This document shows positions 28,293-41,996 of a stretch of 64,000 nucleotides of DNA, piece after piece. The stretch's first letter is position 1, and each line of letters starts with the position of its first letter. The stretch is from Guillardia theta CCMP2712 (taxonomy: Eukaryota; Protista; Cryptophyta), in assembly GCF_000315625.1 (NCBI RefSeq), contig NW_005434673.1:1102302-1166301 (forward strand), in the 5' to 3' direction. Both the position numbers and the translations under genes were made by a program. The notes below the pieces were generated by a model. The model saw nothing but the letters and a program-made list of their open reading frames with translations, did no database searches and had not been told where the DNA came from.

Positions 28293-30064
28293 TCTCGTCG
28301 TCGTCGTCGCCACCACCACCACCACCACCACTACCCTTTTCACTACCCTTTTTTCTGACTTTTCGTTTAATTTGTAGAGGATCGATTGCCCTCTCATCGT
28401 TCACAGGTAGAATTGAGAAATGCAGCCACATGTTCTGACTGAGGAGCAGGATTCCTTCTCATGTAACATGAAGTTTCCTTTCTACTTGTCTGGGTCAGTC
28501 CCATGATTGTCGTGCCTGCAGTCAAATCGATCTGAAAGAGAAGTCGCTGCTTCAAATTGCGAAAGTTCAGCTGGAGTCCAGCAAGGTCTTGTTTGATGAA
28601 TGCAAAATTTGGTTGTCATTGTCGTGTTTTCAGCACCTTCAAGACTTTCGGAAGAGAAAGTTTTCATAGCAGAAAGTGGGAAAGGAGTGGACAACCTTGA
28701 AGATTCAAACCGAAACTCGACAGATTCTGCTCGAGGTCGACGGGATAGTGCAAGGTGACAGTACGAGTCATGAGATGGGATCTTATTTGTCTCCTGCTAG
28801 ACGGATTGCAGTGGCAGTTGATGGCTCAACCTCCTCAAAAGTTGCTCTGATGTGGGCCGTCAAGCACTGGTGCTCATCTTGTTACTCAATCCTCCCATCA
28901 TGCTTCTCCTGCTCCTGCTCCTTCCCCTTTGCCGTTTATTTACGGTTTTGCTTCCTCCCCCCTTGCATGTTCTCCAGCTATAGGCAAGGAGACGTCATCC
29001 TTCTCTTCCATTGTCAGCCGCTCCAGTTCAACCCTGGCGCAGGGTATGGAGCAGAGAAAACCTTTCAGGTAATGTCCACGTGGGCAATTCTCAACTTAAT
29101 CCTAAGCGAAAGGCGCTCGAGGACAAAGCAAAATCCACTGGCACGAGCGTGAGCGCTTTGTTGTTGTTACCTCCTTTCTTCTCTTCGACTCCCTACTCCG
29201 ATCGTCTTTCTCGTGCTCGTGCTCTTGCTCCGCGTCATTCCTTACTCCCCTCGCTCCCATGAAGTACAAGTTGGTTCAATCAGTTTTCCAGGTCTTGAAG
29301 CGATTTGCCAAAAGGCTCGAGCAGAAAAAGGTGTCCTGCATTCAAATACTCGCGCGTGGGGACCCAGCAAGCGAGCTTGCCCTGCTTACAGAGAAGAACA
29401 AGTGAGACGTTAAGCAATGAACGGGCGAGGAGATCATGCGAGGTGGCAGGTGCCATCTGCTCGTGATGGGATCACATGGAACTTCTTATGATGAACGAAA
29501 GGATTCAGGTTGATCATTTGACGTTTCACGAAGCATCTCTCTCCGCCCCTCTCTGCAATTTTCTTCCTTGTTTCTACATGTCCTTTCCTATTGTTTTTTC
29601 GTGCTTTCACTTAAGATTGGCACCGACCTGCTTGTCTTCTTATCCCTCTTCTTGTGTCTCATCCTGCTGCAGGTGGCCAGTGGCAGCGACTCGCTTCCTG
29701 GTTCTATCGACCAGCAGACAAGGTTTGGTCTAGACTTCCTTCCTCCTGCCTCTCTTTTGCGGTTCCGTATCCTCCACGCGCTTCTAGGATCCTTCTGCAC
29801 TCCCTCTGCTAATTTTTCTTCGCTTGCGTTGCTACTTCGATTCTATCCACTTGCTTCAAAATCTGATCGGCGGTCATTATGGCCGCGCTTCTTACATGTT
29901 GGCAGACGGCCCCGAACAAGCACGCCGTCGGCAGTGTCTGTAAATTTCTTCCTCCCCCTCTCACTGAACTTGCTAACCTTGCTATAGGTTTCGCTGCAGC
30001 CAGCTCAATGCCAGCTCCTCTTGTGATAGTCGACAGGGTCAAGAGCTCTGAAAGTTACAAGTGA
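27305..30064 (+). CDS. universal stress protein locus with two USP-like N-terminal motifs
   Basis: RRIAIAYDRSEESDQ|ALLWC..DLLVLIHI and RRIAVAVDGSTSSKVALMWA..GDVILLFH..GDPASEL..LLVMGSHG. Unresolved whether this is one two-domain gene or two genes. Confidence 0.8.
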
Positions 30065-30637
30065 TCGATGGATTCATTGGCTATGGCTTGCTGAGTCCAG
30101 CTGAAGTTGAGCAGAAACAGAGTCTGACGTCATTCACTCTTCGACATTGCGGAGCGGCTCCATCTCGTCGCCGTCCCCAGCTGGTCCGTAGGGGCTGACA
30201 GAAGCTGTCAAGCGTGCAACACAAGAGGATGCAGAGTCTACCTAACGACCTGGTGCCCTTTTCCGAAGACCTTCCGGCCTAACCGGTTCAAGCAAGGACG
30301 GCAAGGCGAAATCTACAAGCAGATTCAACCAGGCAGTAAGTTATACAAGCACAGGAACCGCGATCATGAAAAATGTCCAGATTCCGGTCAGTACTCCTCC
30401 GGCAGCGATAGAAAAGATCCTGTCATGTCACAACACAACCACCGACTCCTCCTCGTCCTCCTCGCCCCCTTTCCCCGCACCTCCCTCCACCCAAAGAACC
30501 CACTCTCCTTGCCAGCATTGCTAGCCTCCATCTCCCCCCGTTCCTTCATCTCCCTGTCTCTTTACAAATCGCCTTCCCCCTCGAACAAACCTTCAACCTG
30601 ATCGCTTCTGAGTTGGATTTCGGATCCGAAGATATCC

Positions 30638-31516
30638 ATGACCAACCACCAATCTCAAGTGGACGACGAAACTTCCATGGGAAATGGAGATCGATTTAAG
30701 ATCGCTGATGGAAGCCATGCTTTTGTTTCATTACCTAGTGTTACGATTCCTTCAAGCGAAGTGCCTGCGCCACTTCATCCTTCAAGCCCACCCTTGAGGG
30801 CCTCGAGGTCGACTACAAGCTCGAAACCAGCTTCGGTGACCAAGTTGTCCTCTGATGCAGTCTTGTTGTCTTCGGATGATAAGTTGTCTGTAGAACCAGA
30901 ACAGAGGAAAACTCTCCAGGAAAGTGCGGTCGAAACTGAAACAAACTCCGCCTCCCCGGCAGAGAGCTCTCCGGCGAGCACAATGGAGATCTCTCTCGCA
31001 AAAGACGATGCAAAGCTCAAGACCACTTATGGGCAATCTAAAGATGATCAGCGAATCTCGACAATGCTGAGAAAAGGAAGGTCAAGGTCGGTTCATGACA
31101 GGTCCCTTTCCCCGGATCCGAAGCAATCTTTTTTCATGCGGGCGAGGAGCTTTCCGAAGGAGCATGCTCCTCAAGAACCTCCTATTCCTGCGAGATGTTC
31201 TAGTGCTCCTGAATACGAAGATACTCAAGCGGGGATGTTTTCACAGGGTGAACTCAAATACTACGAAGAGCTTGCTGCTGTCGAGCGCTATTGGAGGGAG
31301 CTGGATCTTCACAATGAAGAACTTTACAGGCAATCTCAAATCTCGTCAGCGGTTGGCTATGACAGCAACCTTTACAAGAATCAGAGACGACATGTGAGCA
31401 GTGGAAACAAGTTTTATGCGCACGTGGTTCGCTCTAGGGCAGCAGCACATGACTTCACCGACCACGACCACCATCATGCAAGTGAGCATGAGCGTAACAG
31501 GAGGCCAACGATATGA
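30638..31516 (+). CDS. hypothetical Ser/Pro-rich disordered protein, single exon
   Basis: 292-aa ATG-initiated ORF with no recognised domain. Confidence 0.55.
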   Translation: MTNHQSQVDDETSMGNGDRFKIADGSHAFVSLPSVTIPSSEVPAPLHPSSPPLRASRSTTSSKPASVTKLSSDAVLLSSDDKLSVEPEQRKTLQESAVETETNSASPAESSPASTMEISLAKDDAKLKTTYGQSKDDQRISTMLRKGRSRSVHDRSLSPDPKQSFFMRARSFPKEHAPQEPPIPARCSSAPEYEDTQAGMFSQGELKYYEELAAVERYWRELDLHNEELYRQSQISSAVGYDSNLYKNQRRHVSSGNKFYAHVVRSRAAAHDFTDHDHHHASEHERNRRPTI

Positions 31517-31979
31517 AGATAGTCTTGACAGATGCTGTCAAGATTACGTTCTTAGTTTTCTATTCTTTCGGCATGCGGACGACCAACTGTATATGATTGT
31601 CCACCTTACCGTTCCCTGCCATTTTGTTATCCCCCATTTCCTTGTGCTATCCTTCATATGGCATTGAAATGCCATTTCACCATGGACTTTCCTTACGTGC
31701 TGAATCGGAATTCATGTACGCTCATGCAAGGAAATAAAGTGAGATTTGCAAGCTTGTACATGTTCACACGCTCCTTTCCTGTTCCAGATCAATCTGCAAC
31801 TTTCTTCAATCAAGTCATTTGACTCGATGGCCCACTCTGCGCAACTCGAGCTCGAGGAGTAATGCTAGTCTACTTCTTGAGACATTTTTCAAATCAACTG
31901 CTTGATTGAGAAGTTTTGATTCAAAGCCTCAATCTCCTTGGGCTCCAGCACAGGCCGGTACAGCCTTGGAGGTTTCCCA

Positions 31980-32330
31980 GGAGGAGCAGGAATACCGTGG
32001 AACACATGACCTTGAGCATCTTCGGCTACCAAATCGCTCTCATGCAGCACTGTTGTTATTTCAGGTCACTACGGCATCTCGATGTGTGGAAGAATGCAAG
32101 AGATCACATGAGTTTCCAATGTAGGGGACATCAGAGATGCTGGTGTCAGCATCACCTGTGAATTCATCAGTGCAATCTTTCAACGCAGCTCGCGGTGCCT
32201 GGCGCTCTAGGCTGCTCCACCCTGTCCTCACGCTCCTCCTCCTGCATGAAGAGTTAAAGACCAAATAAACAGTAGAGCTGGTATCAATCATGCATTCCGA
32301 TCACCTTGTCTGCTACAGGACGAAAATTTG
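31980..32330 (-). mobile_element. possible hAT transposase C-terminal relic
   Basis: Minus-strand fragments CPLHWK (32113-32130) and NSAA*ERFGS (~32025-32056) resemble the hAT dimerisation motifs PLxWWK and SAxSERxFS in order and spacing. Confidence 0.3.
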
Positions 32331-32801
32331 GAGGAGGATGGAGAGCTGGGGGACCCCTGTGATCGATGTTGAAAGGTTTCACCTTTCTCATCGCATTTAC
32401 AGGTCTATTGAAGGTAAACATTGATGAGCAAATATATTTCTCCACAACAAAAGTATTTGCCTAGACGGGGGTGGTGCTGGCTCCTTAGCCTGGAGCGAAC
32501 TACTTTCCTTCTGAGAAGAAAAGGTGAGAAAAACAAGAAAAATCATGTGTAGCAGCAGTAGAGATGGATCGGAACGGGAGAAAGGGAGGCGGTAAAGAAC
32601 AAGTTTATAGAGGAGGAGAGGAGTGACGTGCAGAGATGAACAAGAGGAGGGAGGACAGCAGGAGGAGCTGGAGGAGCTGGAGGAGTTGCAGAACAGCAGG
32701 GACTAACCGTGAGCATTCTTCTCTGTGCTGTGGTGGATCAGGGGAGACTCCCCAATTCTAATAGTATTGTACTTCATATACATATTGAAACTACAATCGA
32801 G

Positions 32802-32846
32802 TAACTCGGCGGCTGGTCAAGGTGTATACCACCCCAACCTTTTTGA
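32802..32846 (+). ncRNA. candidate spliced-leader (SL) RNA gene, copy A
   Basis: TAACTCGGCGGCTGGTCAAG|GTGTATACCACCCCAACCTTTTTGA; 44/45 identical to copies B and C; TATA-like atatacat 18 nt upstream. Confidence 0.7.
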
Positions 32847-33905
32847 CCTCCTGCACTTTTTCTTATCCGGAACCTCGCCAGTTCGAGTCTCCATGATGGC
32901 ATCCCAATCCCAATGTTTAAGTGTTTTAGCAGGGGGGGTAGGGGTCCTTAGCAAATGATCTTCTTGAGCTCGTAATCTGGGGTAGTCACACTAGAATGAT
33001 GAGGGTGGGGTGGTCAACGTCAGTAGGGGGTGGGTGAATGTGTTGAAAAGAGAGGGAGGGTGTAAAGTAATGAGCTGACTTTGCCTAGGAGATAGGGGTG
33101 CTATTCTTCTAGTGAGGTAGGGTTCCTCGGACCTCTGGTGCTAGGATGTAGGAAAATACCTCGAGTAACAGAGGGGGTTGTTGCAATTTTTTCAATACTT
33201 TCAAACTATTTGTTAAAATTTGAACATTAACCTGGTTTCGATTTGAAAAATTCAAGTTCCTGACCCCTCCCCCGCCTTCGCCATGTGCAGGTGCCGCAGC
33301 TTTCGTCAGCCCTTCCACTGCCTCCTCCTCCTCCTCCCCTCTCCCCTCTCCCCTCTCCCCCCACACCCTCCTACTCATCTGTTGATGTAGTCTGCATCCC
33401 CTTGTATCCGTCCTTTCCCTCTACATGTCCTTGCGATGTGCAGCCCCCATAGCTATGCCAGGGATTACCTGAAGCTGATTTGCCGCAACTTGTCTGTCTT
33501 GGTGGGCGTCTTTCGCAAACTGTGCTTTTAGAGCGTTTTTTTGCTCTCGAGAGATTAAAGGAGTTGGGAAACTTTCTTTTCTGTTGTAGTGCTGTGTATT
33601 TAGCCAGAAAACGAATTAGATTTATGCAACAATGATTTGTCGACAACTTAGTAATCTACAAAACCCATGCTCTCACCCGAATTCTCTCATTTTCTTTCGA
33701 CTATGTTTTTCAGCTTTGAGAGAAACAATATATGTACATCATATACTTGACGTTCTTGACTTCTGCTTGCTGCAGGCTTCAAAACATCCGGTCGTTGAGG
33801 ATGGAACTTCTAGAAACTTCAAATTGAGCTGCTCCTCTGCTCATCTTATCACCTATTATTTTTATAACGACAACTCTCACGACTCAAACACCTTTGAGCA
33901 GCTTG

Positions 33906-36900
33906 ATGGACCACAATCCAGCGCATCGAAGCCCTCAGCATGGAGCCATAGCTGCCATGGGCCCGCGCAGAGCCACTAGAGGGAGGAGTTGCAATCGTTT
34001 CAGCAAATTGTACATTATTCCATGCCTTCTGATGGTGAACTTGTTGACCAAGACACTGAGCGAGCACCAGCCAGCATCAACATCTTCCACCATGACAAAA
34101 GCACGAATGGTGCATGATATTCTTGATCACAAGTCCACTAGACGGCGATCGTCTTCACTCAGGGATCATTACTTCGCGAAACCCTACTCTTCAGCCGAGA
34201 ATGACTTTGTCCACCCAAGGCAGAGCATGAGTGTCTATGCATTTGCTAGCGCTCCATATGTCCGGAAGAATGCCGGAGAGGAACTGCATGCTTCAATGTC
34301 TCAAGATGCTTTGCAGCCTGCACAAAGATCGAAGATCTTCAGTAATGGATTTCTTGGTCTTTTCGGGGGCAACAACGATTCGAATGCAAAGCTTGCACCC
34401 GCACCTGCTTCCGACAAATCAGCAGAAGCTCAAGATGAGGACCAACTGACACGTCAGCCTGTACAGGAGGAGAAGATTTCTGAGGACGGTCACGAACAGG
34501 TTGGATTCCCGGATCCCGCAAGCGAAGTTGCCCCAACGAGACCATTGCGAGCATCGCCACCCGAAGACCCGGCGTGCACTCCTGAAGCTATTGTACAGAA
34601 CTTAGATCAGTTGAAGGACGGAGAGCCTGATCTGGACTTCGAACAGAAAGGTGAACTTGATGTTGTTGAGAATCAAGATTATTCAGCAATCCAAAATTTC
34701 CCGCCTGCGGAAGACCTGGTTGCGACTGTACGAGACCTGTGTCAGAATGGCAAGAGCGAAGAAGCCCTTGAGCTCGTGCGAACAGACTTGAGAAACGTGA
34801 GCCAGCCGCAATGCTCTGATATCATGCTTGCCTTCGCTGACATTGGAAGGTCTGATTGTGCACAAGCTGTCCTCCTGCACATGCAAATGTTGGGAGTGGA
34901 GACTGGAGCTTCGCTGGACACTGAGACTTACAACGGGCTCATGCTTGCATACGCTAGAGATGCTGCCACTGCAGATTCCGACGGGCTGGAGCAGACGTTT
35001 GCAGTCCTGGAGCTCATGACGCGTGCACAAGTGGCGCCTGACATAACAACCTATAACCGGCTCATGGAGGCTTGTTCCGCCGCAGCCGAGAGTGTTGACC
35101 CATACCAGAAGGGACTTCAGGTGTTGGACATGATGCGTGAGAGCAAAGTGAAGCCGGACGTGAACACATTCAATACTATGCTGGAAGCCTGCGGTAAGAG
35201 AGGATGGTCAAAGAACACCGGCGATGGATTGAGACTGGGTGCATTGATTATCGAGAAGATGACAGAGTATGAAGTGCCCCCAACGGTAGACACATTCAAC
35301 ATCTTGATGTATGGTATCGCGTGGGCCGCTGGTGCTGGAGATGGTTGGGTTGGCGTAGAGAAAGGACTTGAGTTCTTGGTTCTGATGGCAGAAAAGAAGA
35401 TCATGCCGGATGTAATCACCTTCAACAACCTTATCGCCGCATGTGCTCAAGCTGCCGGGTCTGCAGGTGGCGCGCTAGCGAGGGAGCAAGCCTTCAAGAT
35501 GTTGTGGATCATGCATGAACTAGGATTGGATCCGGACAAGGGGACCTGTGACACTCTGATTGCAACTTGTGCAAAGACAGCAGCAGCAGGTGACATGGAG
35601 GGTATCTACTTTGGTGTGGCCGTTCTTGAGCTTGTCCACGATTGGAAGCTTTCGCCTGATCCGAACATGTACAACGCGCTGTTGAACGTTTGCCTCCGTT
35701 CTGCTGAGGCAGGTGACTTGTCAAGACCTTTCGGGTGGAATCACGTTCGATGGATCGCTCATTTGCTATCCTTGATGAACAGCTTTGGCCCTGACATGAA
35801 TCCTCAGATCAGGATGATCTTCGACAACATGACTAGTCTCTGTGTGAGAAAAGCTGCAGCCTTGGAGAAGCGGAGCAAGCGACAAGGCATCAACGAAGCC
35901 AAGGACGAAGATGGAGAGAGATTCAGTGCAGGAGGCATCAGGCTGGAGGCTGTGGGAGACGATGATCATGTTTTCTGGTACTCGAGAGATCTGTGGCCAC
36001 GAAAATCAGCACAGTCGTCAGAGAGCGGGCTTGTTCATGACAAAGCAGCGGGGGAAACTAACTTTGAGAAGCTGAAGCTTCTAGCCACCGACCAGATCAA
36101 AAATCTTCGCTCCCGGTACCTCGAGCAGGCCATGTCTCCAGCTCCGGCCGATCGGCATACTGCTGTTACAGATGAGGGAGGAGAGGCTCATGTGAAAGAT
36201 CTCGAGATCTGTTTGGAGACGAATGAGGGGGAGGAACAACAAATGTTTGATGACATTCCTATGTTGCCTGGTGAAGATGATGGAGATGTTGAGGAGCAAA
36301 GGGATGACGGAGATGGCATTACCGATAAGCAGAACGTTGATATTGTTTACGAGGAACAGGAGGAGGAAGCTCAAGAAAGAAACGTGGAACATCCTGAAGA
36401 GATTTGTACAGCAGCTGAGGTAGAGACACCAAATGGTCATATGCGGCAGGAATATCAAGAATCAGCTGAGATAGAATCGGAGGGCATGCGACAGGAGCAG
36501 AATGTTAGGGATGAGAGAGCTGAAAGGGATTTAACGGAGGAAATTGAGAGTCAGAAAGTAGAGGTAAGGCTCAGACATCCTTCCCCTGATTGCGACGAGG
36601 CGAATCATAAGGGGCAGGAGGAGGAGGAGAAATGTACAGAATATCACGAGGGAGGGGAGGGAGCTTTGGATCGTCGTTTCGCTCCTCATAAAGTTCACGG
36701 GCAAGAGGCGGAAGCGAAGCCGAACAGCCATGCTAGACCTGCTGGGACCCACGAGTTGGGGGAGGGGTCAGACGGAGTCTCTCTCTGCACTCCTTGGGCA
36801 GAGGAAATCGACGACTCCTGGGAGGAGCGCGGTCAGCATGATGTGGAGCAGCAGGCGGAGACAAGACACTCGAGACACCAAGGTAAGGACCAGCCTTGTT

Positions 36901-37645
36901 GATTTCTGCTCCTTCATCCTCATCCTCTCTCTGTTTGTTTCTTGTTTCCTCGATGACCTTTTTTGCTTCAAGGTCACACCTCTTACACATTCGACTTGCG
37001 TTCGTCTCGAGCGGATAGAAGCAGCAACACGCGCAAGTCGCATGGGAAGTGCTCCTCAGCTTCAGTCGCCATCTCTCCTCGCCCGCCAGCTGTTGATCCT
37101 CTTCACTTCCCCCCGCGCTCTCCTCGCGGCTTGCAGGAGTACATAGCACAGATGATCGACTTCCAGCGGCATGGACGGGGAAAGAACTCAAAGAGCTTCG
37201 CTGACAATCGCCGGACGAGGGAGGAAATCAGGCGGATGGATGTGGGCCAGGTGAGGGAGAGGAGGAAGACGGGGAGGAGGGACCTGACGGAGGAGCAGGT
37301 ATGTAACTGGCTCAAGAGCGTGGGGCTGGCCGATTGTGCCGAGTACTTCCAAGAGGCCTGCGTAGATGGAGCAGGCCTTGTTCAGCTGAGAGAGCTGCTG
37401 GCGAGGGAGGTAACTCACCGAGACGATTGATGGGGTGGAAGCTGATGGGGCTGCAGGTTCAGACGTTCTACGACGCTGTCGAGAAGAGGTTGGGAGTGAA
37501 CAAGTTCGGACTGGTGAATGCCTTCTCCTCCTCTTGCTTCTGCTTGCCCTCTCCCAGCGCGACACCCTCTCTTTCTTGGTCTCCCCTCCTCCTGACAGGG
37601 TTGTTGTAGGTTCTTCGCCTTGCGGATTCGCTGCAGTGTCTGTGA
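33906..37645 (+). CDS. pentatricopeptide-repeat protein with acidic linker and C-terminal SAM domain
   Basis: Tandem PD..T(Y/F)N.L..AC repeats; E-rich region; LTEEQVCNWLKSVGLADCAEYFQEACVDGAGLVQL (SAM); spliced end FGL|VLRLADSLQCL*. Confidence 0.85.
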
Positions 37646-38649
37646 GGCCCCTGAAAGATTTGCCGCATGTGGACGGATGGGAGGGTCGACGTAGCTCTTG
37701 TAATTTCATGTAACCTTGTACAGTAGCACGAGTAGTTAAGGAAGATACTTCTTGCATGTCACAGTTCAAGTTCTTGCCAAACTGGCAGTCAGCCGATTCA
37801 GGCTTCATGCAAATTGGCAACGTCGCCGTTCCGAAGTTTGTGGCCCAGGAGTCGACTGGGCACCCGCTGAGCCCTCACTGGCAGTGACTGGCCGCAGCGA
37901 GTTAACAGTCCGACCTTACCCGGCATAGACTCGGATCTACCCGGGCCCAGATTACTCATTGTCTCACGAGCCTCGGATTCAACGGTCGGATAGGGCCATC
38001 CCGGGCGCTTCCGGCGACCGCCGGGGCTGTCCGGTGTCAACCGGATGCGGCCGGCTGGGCAACGCCAGGCCCGGGCCGAAGTCGCGGCGGCGTCCAGGGC
38101 GGCGTCGAGTGATGAACGCGGTTGGGGATGAGGGCCCGGGATCAACGGCTGGAGAAAAAAAAGGGATGAAAGATCGTTGAGATATGGCGACCGACGTGCG
38201 ACGGCGAGGAGAGGATAGGAGAGGGAGGAGAGAGAGGAGAGAGAGGAGAGGGAGGAAAGGAAGGGGAGAGCTGGGAGAAGGCAGAGGAAGGAGGAACAAG
38301 GATGGAACCTGAGGGAGAGAGGAAGTACTGGCAAGTGTCACAGCCTTAGGGCTCGATGGGGCACAGCATGCTGGTGGGGCACGGTGATGAGGACGAGGGA
38401 GGGCGAAGAGACACGACCAAGAAGAGAGCGATAGGCAGGAGGAGGGAGAACATAGCGAGGAAGGGAACGAGTTGAGGGGGGACGACTGATATTTGACGAA
38501 AATCGGTTGTGTAGGAAACAAAGTGAAAAAGGATAGCTGGGGGTAGCAAAGAAAACACGAACAAGAGGCTGTCACCACCAACACATCAGCTCAGAGATTG
38601 CTGCTTCTCCTTCATCGCTCAGCCTCGCGTCTAGTCAGCTGCACCCGCC

Positions 38650-40208
38650 ATGACGAGCAATCAGAATTCTTTCGGCTTGTTCGGGTGATGGTTGACTTTT
38701 GTACCCCCGCGTCTGAGTCTCAGCGCAGCTACACGCCCTCCATCTACCAAGGGGATCCCTACGGGACCTCGGAGAAGGCGCGAGGGGACGCGAGGTACAA
38801 AGGGAAGCAGTTTAAGGTCGGCGGGTACAAGAAGGGCAAGACACCTGACGTCTACTTCGACCCTGCCGTCGCCTCGAGCGTGTACATTGGAGCCAAGTAC
38901 ACGACCCTCTTCGACCTTGACAGAAAGTGAGCACAGACTGCTGCTGCTGCTGCTGATGATGATGATGAGGAGGAGGAGGAGGAGGAGGAGGAGGAGGAGG
39001 AGGAGGAGGAGGAGGAGGAGGAGGAGGAGGAGGAGGACAACTTTGTCCAAATGCTTTAATTGGTGTTGTTGTTCAGACTTGTTATTTTTATGGTAGTGGT
39101 TGTAATTAGTCCAATAGATATCACAAGGAGAAGAAGCAAAGGCAGATAGTCTCTGCTCCCTTCAAGCCCTCCACTCCCAGGTAGTCATCATTCTCTTCCT
39201 TTCCCCTTCTTCCCGTCTACCAATCTCTCCACACTCGTTTCTTCCTCTCGATCCTCGTGCCCTTCTTCTCCTAGTGTATTCATCACGCGCAACTTGGCAG
39301 CCAGCACATGGAGGGCAAGGGCGGGTACTTCGGGACCTTCGGCAAGTTCGAGAACATCAAAACTTCCGACGAGTACGACAAACGGCCGGTGAGAAGGAGA
39401 GAAGGTGAGGGGAGGAGGGGGCCCAAGGCTTTGCGGCAGGTGAAGAAAGGAGAGACGAGGGAGTTCGAGCCGAGAAACTTCTTGACGAGTCCATCCAAGA
39501 AAGGACATCAGGGGCTACTCAGCTGCAAGTGAGTCGTCTTCCTCCTTGCTCCTCCCCCCTCCCCCTCCCCGCTTCCGATCTCGTTCCTTCTTTCTTGCTT
39601 CTCTTCCTCACGGTCATATCCTGCAGGAATGGCGTCCAGGGGGTTGCCAACGAATATCACTACGAGTCATCTCCCCCTCCAACTAGAGAGAAGAAGGAGC
39701 ACGTGAGAAACAGCGAACCAACAACCCACTACCTCCTTTACTCACAACCTTCAGGTCACTCCATTCAAACCCCCGTCGCCTGCTAGGAAGGGTCTCTTCA
39801 CTCAGGTATCTCACCCTCTACCCCCGGCCCCTCCTCCTGATCGTCTCCTCCCCTCAGGACTGTAAAGTCACTTTCTCCGACTTTAAGTACGGAATTCAAG
39901 GGCCTAGAGATGTAAGCTTCCTCCTGCTCCTCTTCTCTCTCTCTGGCGGCTCACCAACGCTCCTCGCTCACATGCTCGTTGCATCAGCGCAAGCGCAATG
40001 CAGCAGGCGAAGGTCTCAAGCCATGGTTCCCCACCAGCGTCTCCAAGTCCATTCGAGGTTCTTCCTCGTTCTCGTCCTCGCCGATCCCTCGCCTCTTCCT
40101 GTGCTCTTCCTCTTCTTCCTCGTCCTTGTTCTCCTTCAACACTCTCCTGATATGCTTGCAGGGCCTTTGGGTCGCATCTTCGCCACCATCAATCCCCCTC
40201 CTGAGTAG
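38650..40208 (+). CDS. CFAP96: UPF0602 / C4orf47 / CFAP96-like flagellar protein, multi-exon
   Basis: Spliced MTSNQNSFGLFG|YTPSIYQGDPY...KQF...KKG...DVYFD; FKPS.P; GYFGTF; PRNFLTSPSKKG. Confidence 0.7.
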
Positions 40209-40299
40209 CTCCTCACCTCATCCAATTGCTTGTCACCTCTCCCCCCCCCCAGGTACCTGCCGCAGGGAGGCGCCGAAAAGAAGGCGAGCAAGGAGGAAG

Positions 40300-41759
40300 A
40301 CATCAAGAGTAAGCTCTCCCCTGCTGCCTCTGCCTGCTCCCGCTTTTCACACTTTCTGTAGAAATTGGCCCAGCATTCCGACCGAGCAGCTGCCCGAAGT
40401 CCATGCGCAGGTACTCCAGTGTAGAGAAGGAGGGAGGAGGGAGGGGAGAGGGAGAAAGTCTGACATCTCTTTCAAGCGTTTCCATCGTCAACATGCCGAG
40501 GAACATCAATTCTGCCTTCTAGCGTTCCTCGTTTTCCCCTGGCTGTTCGACTCAATACGACATGCTCAAAGCTCGCGATCAACCACATCCCGTGCGTCTT
40601 CCAGCTCCAGCTCCCTGTACACGAGCTGGATGAGTGGGAGGAGAGGGAAGGAAGCACACTTAGCGGAGGGGGGGGGGGGGGGGGGGGGGGCGATGGCGGG
40701 GAGCAGGGGAGGGACAAGAGGAGGGAGGGGCCAACAGGCTCGACAGGAAGCTGATGTACCAGCATAGAGGGCGGAGCTGCTGCCATCTGTCGCGATCGAA
40801 GTACTCTGATCCTGTTGGAGGTCAGCTGGGCCTTGTAACGCGCTCCTCACCCATCCACTGCAGCAACCTTTCTCGCTCCTGCAGGTTCCTGGGCAAGGGC
40901 TTGGTGAAGGCGAAGCCCTGCATGGCACATGAGGGAGGATGATCAAGGAAGGAGCAGAGAGAGCTGCTACATGCTCGATGCGGAAGCCCAAGTCTGGTTG
41001 GATTACGCAGTGTCTTCTCCCTGGTATGGATCAGCAACGGAGAGCAGGAGCACGTTCTCGAACCTCCTACTCGCATGGAGGCGACAGCATCCTCTATGCC
41101 GGGGCAGATGTAAGGGTCCTTCACATCTCTAGTCAGCCTGTCCTTGCTTGTCGCCACTGCTGCACCTGGTACAAGACGAACTCCAACGGCTCGTCGTCCG
41201 GCCATACGACGCTGCCGCCTTTCTTCAAGTCGTCGCCTTTCCAGGGCCTTCCTGTCCTGAGGGCGGTGAGTCAGCAGGAGCCCGAGACTGCAACCTAGCT
41301 CACTCTTGATCACTGAGATGCTCGTAGCTCTTGGCAACATTCCATCGCAATCTTATGAGCTTAGCAAGTTTGTCAACCATCGAGGTTCAAACTTACTCGC
41401 TTTACCTGCCCCTCTCTCGGACGCTCTCCATCCCCTGGCCAGACATCTTGATAGGCCACTTGATAGATGCTGGTGGCATTCATGGGGAGAGGAGGAACTA
41501 GTTGCATCTCCGACTCTCTCTCGTCATGGTACTCAGAGTCAGGTTCGCTGTTCGGCTCCACCTTGAACGTTCGCCGTAACACCCGTTCTTCCTCTTTATA
41601 CTTCTTAAAGATGTCAAGCTCCGAGGAATCGCCTCCTCGGATACGCATACTCGCATCTCTCAATGAGCACAGGAAGCATCTTGTCTCCTCGGCCCGACAG
41701 ACTTGAGATCTCAGCATTGCGAATCCAAGAAGGGTGACCAGCAGCGCAATCGTCGTCAT
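40300..41759 (-). CDS. signal-peptide protein with an RIRGG motif and a possible FKBP-like segment
   Basis: MTTIALLVTLLGFAM signal peptide and SMRIRGG. ICPGIEDAVASMRVGGSR resembles FKBP vI.G.eeav.gMkvGekR. 3' end uncertain. Confidence 0.5.
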
Positions 41760-41907
41760 GTCGAGGAAAGGAGAAGGCGTCGGTGTTTTGGATCAGCCAC
41801 CAACAAGATGGTATCGTCTTGTTGTTATCTGCATCTCATTCCTCCTCCTCCTCGCCTCGTTGCCCTCGCCATGCACCCGACGCATTGTTGGGATTTCCAT
41901 CTTCTCG

Positions 41908-41996
41908 TACAGCCCCTCATACAGCCCCTCATACAGCCCCTCATACAGCCCCTCATACAGCCCCTCATACAGCCCCTCATACAGCCCCTCATACAG
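41908..41996. repeat. (TACAGCCCCTCA)x7 12-mer tandem repeat
   Basis: 7 perfect units plus a partial unit. Confidence 0.95.
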
